Origin: Vicugna vicugna
Lineage: Eukaryota
Assembly: GCA_013265495.1 (NCBI GenBank)
Contig: MU058531.1
Span: 3,898,644 to 3,918,643 of the forward strand
DNA length: 20,000 bases
Direction: 5' to 3'
The notes under the pieces are model-generated. The model did not search any database. It saw only the letters and a list, made by a program, of their open reading frames with translations, and was not told where the DNA came from. A program made the translations under genes and the position numbers. Below, in pieces: positions 19,760 to 20,000 of this stretch (its first letter is position 1; each line of letters begins with the position of its first letter).

Positions 19760-20000
19760 TTTTTTTTTTTTACATTTTTTATTGATTCATAATCATTTTA
19801 CAGTGTTGTGTCAAATTCCAGTGTTCAGCACAATTTTTCAGTCATTCATGGACATATACACACTCATTGTCACATTTTTTTCTCTGTGAGTTATCATAAC
19901 ATTTTGTGTATATTTCCCTGTGCTATACAGTGTAATCTTGTTTATCTATTCTACAATTTTGAAATCCCAGTCTATCCCTTCCCACCCTCTAACCCCCTGG
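19760..20000 (-). mobile_element. Younger LINE-1 3' end, antisense in CYP2C intron 1
   Basis: Poly-T followed by the reverse complement of about 13730-13960 (tgtgtcaaattccagtgt, ccctgtgctatacagt, aatcttgtttatctattctacaa). Confidence 0.92.

Noticed and set aside
13730..20000. Long-range inverted repeat between about 13730-13960 and 19760-20000
   Set aside because: Explained by two independent insertions of the same abundant L1 family in opposite orientations.

Overview
Mammalian DNA, most likely camelid (it carries a Vic-1-type tRNA-derived SINE), from a tandem cytochrome P450 2C (CYP2C) cluster, with both CYP2C copies on the + strand. Copy 1 (about 4370-10830) is an unprocessed CYP2C pseudogene: ATG changed to GTG, TATA changed to TGTA, most of exons 1-2 deleted, exons 4-7 not found, exon-8 acceptor changed AG to AA, heme Cys changed to Tyr and the native stop deleted. 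Copy 2 begins at 19098 with an intact-looking exon 1, TATA box and two HNF4 sites; the rest of that gene lies outside the window. The 5' flanks of the two copies are visibly paralogous. The remainder is L1, MIR, L2 and MER5 repeats, two probable solo LTRs and a 521-N assembly gap. I see no exotic new system. The two most curious observations are (i) the surviving pseudogene exons can be joined through GT-AG sites into one uninterrupted 187-aa frame, and (ii) a ~95-bp copy of the proximal promoter is inserted into the pseudogene's distal enhancer region. Comparisons with human CYP2C genes and repeat consensus sequences are from memory, not from searches.
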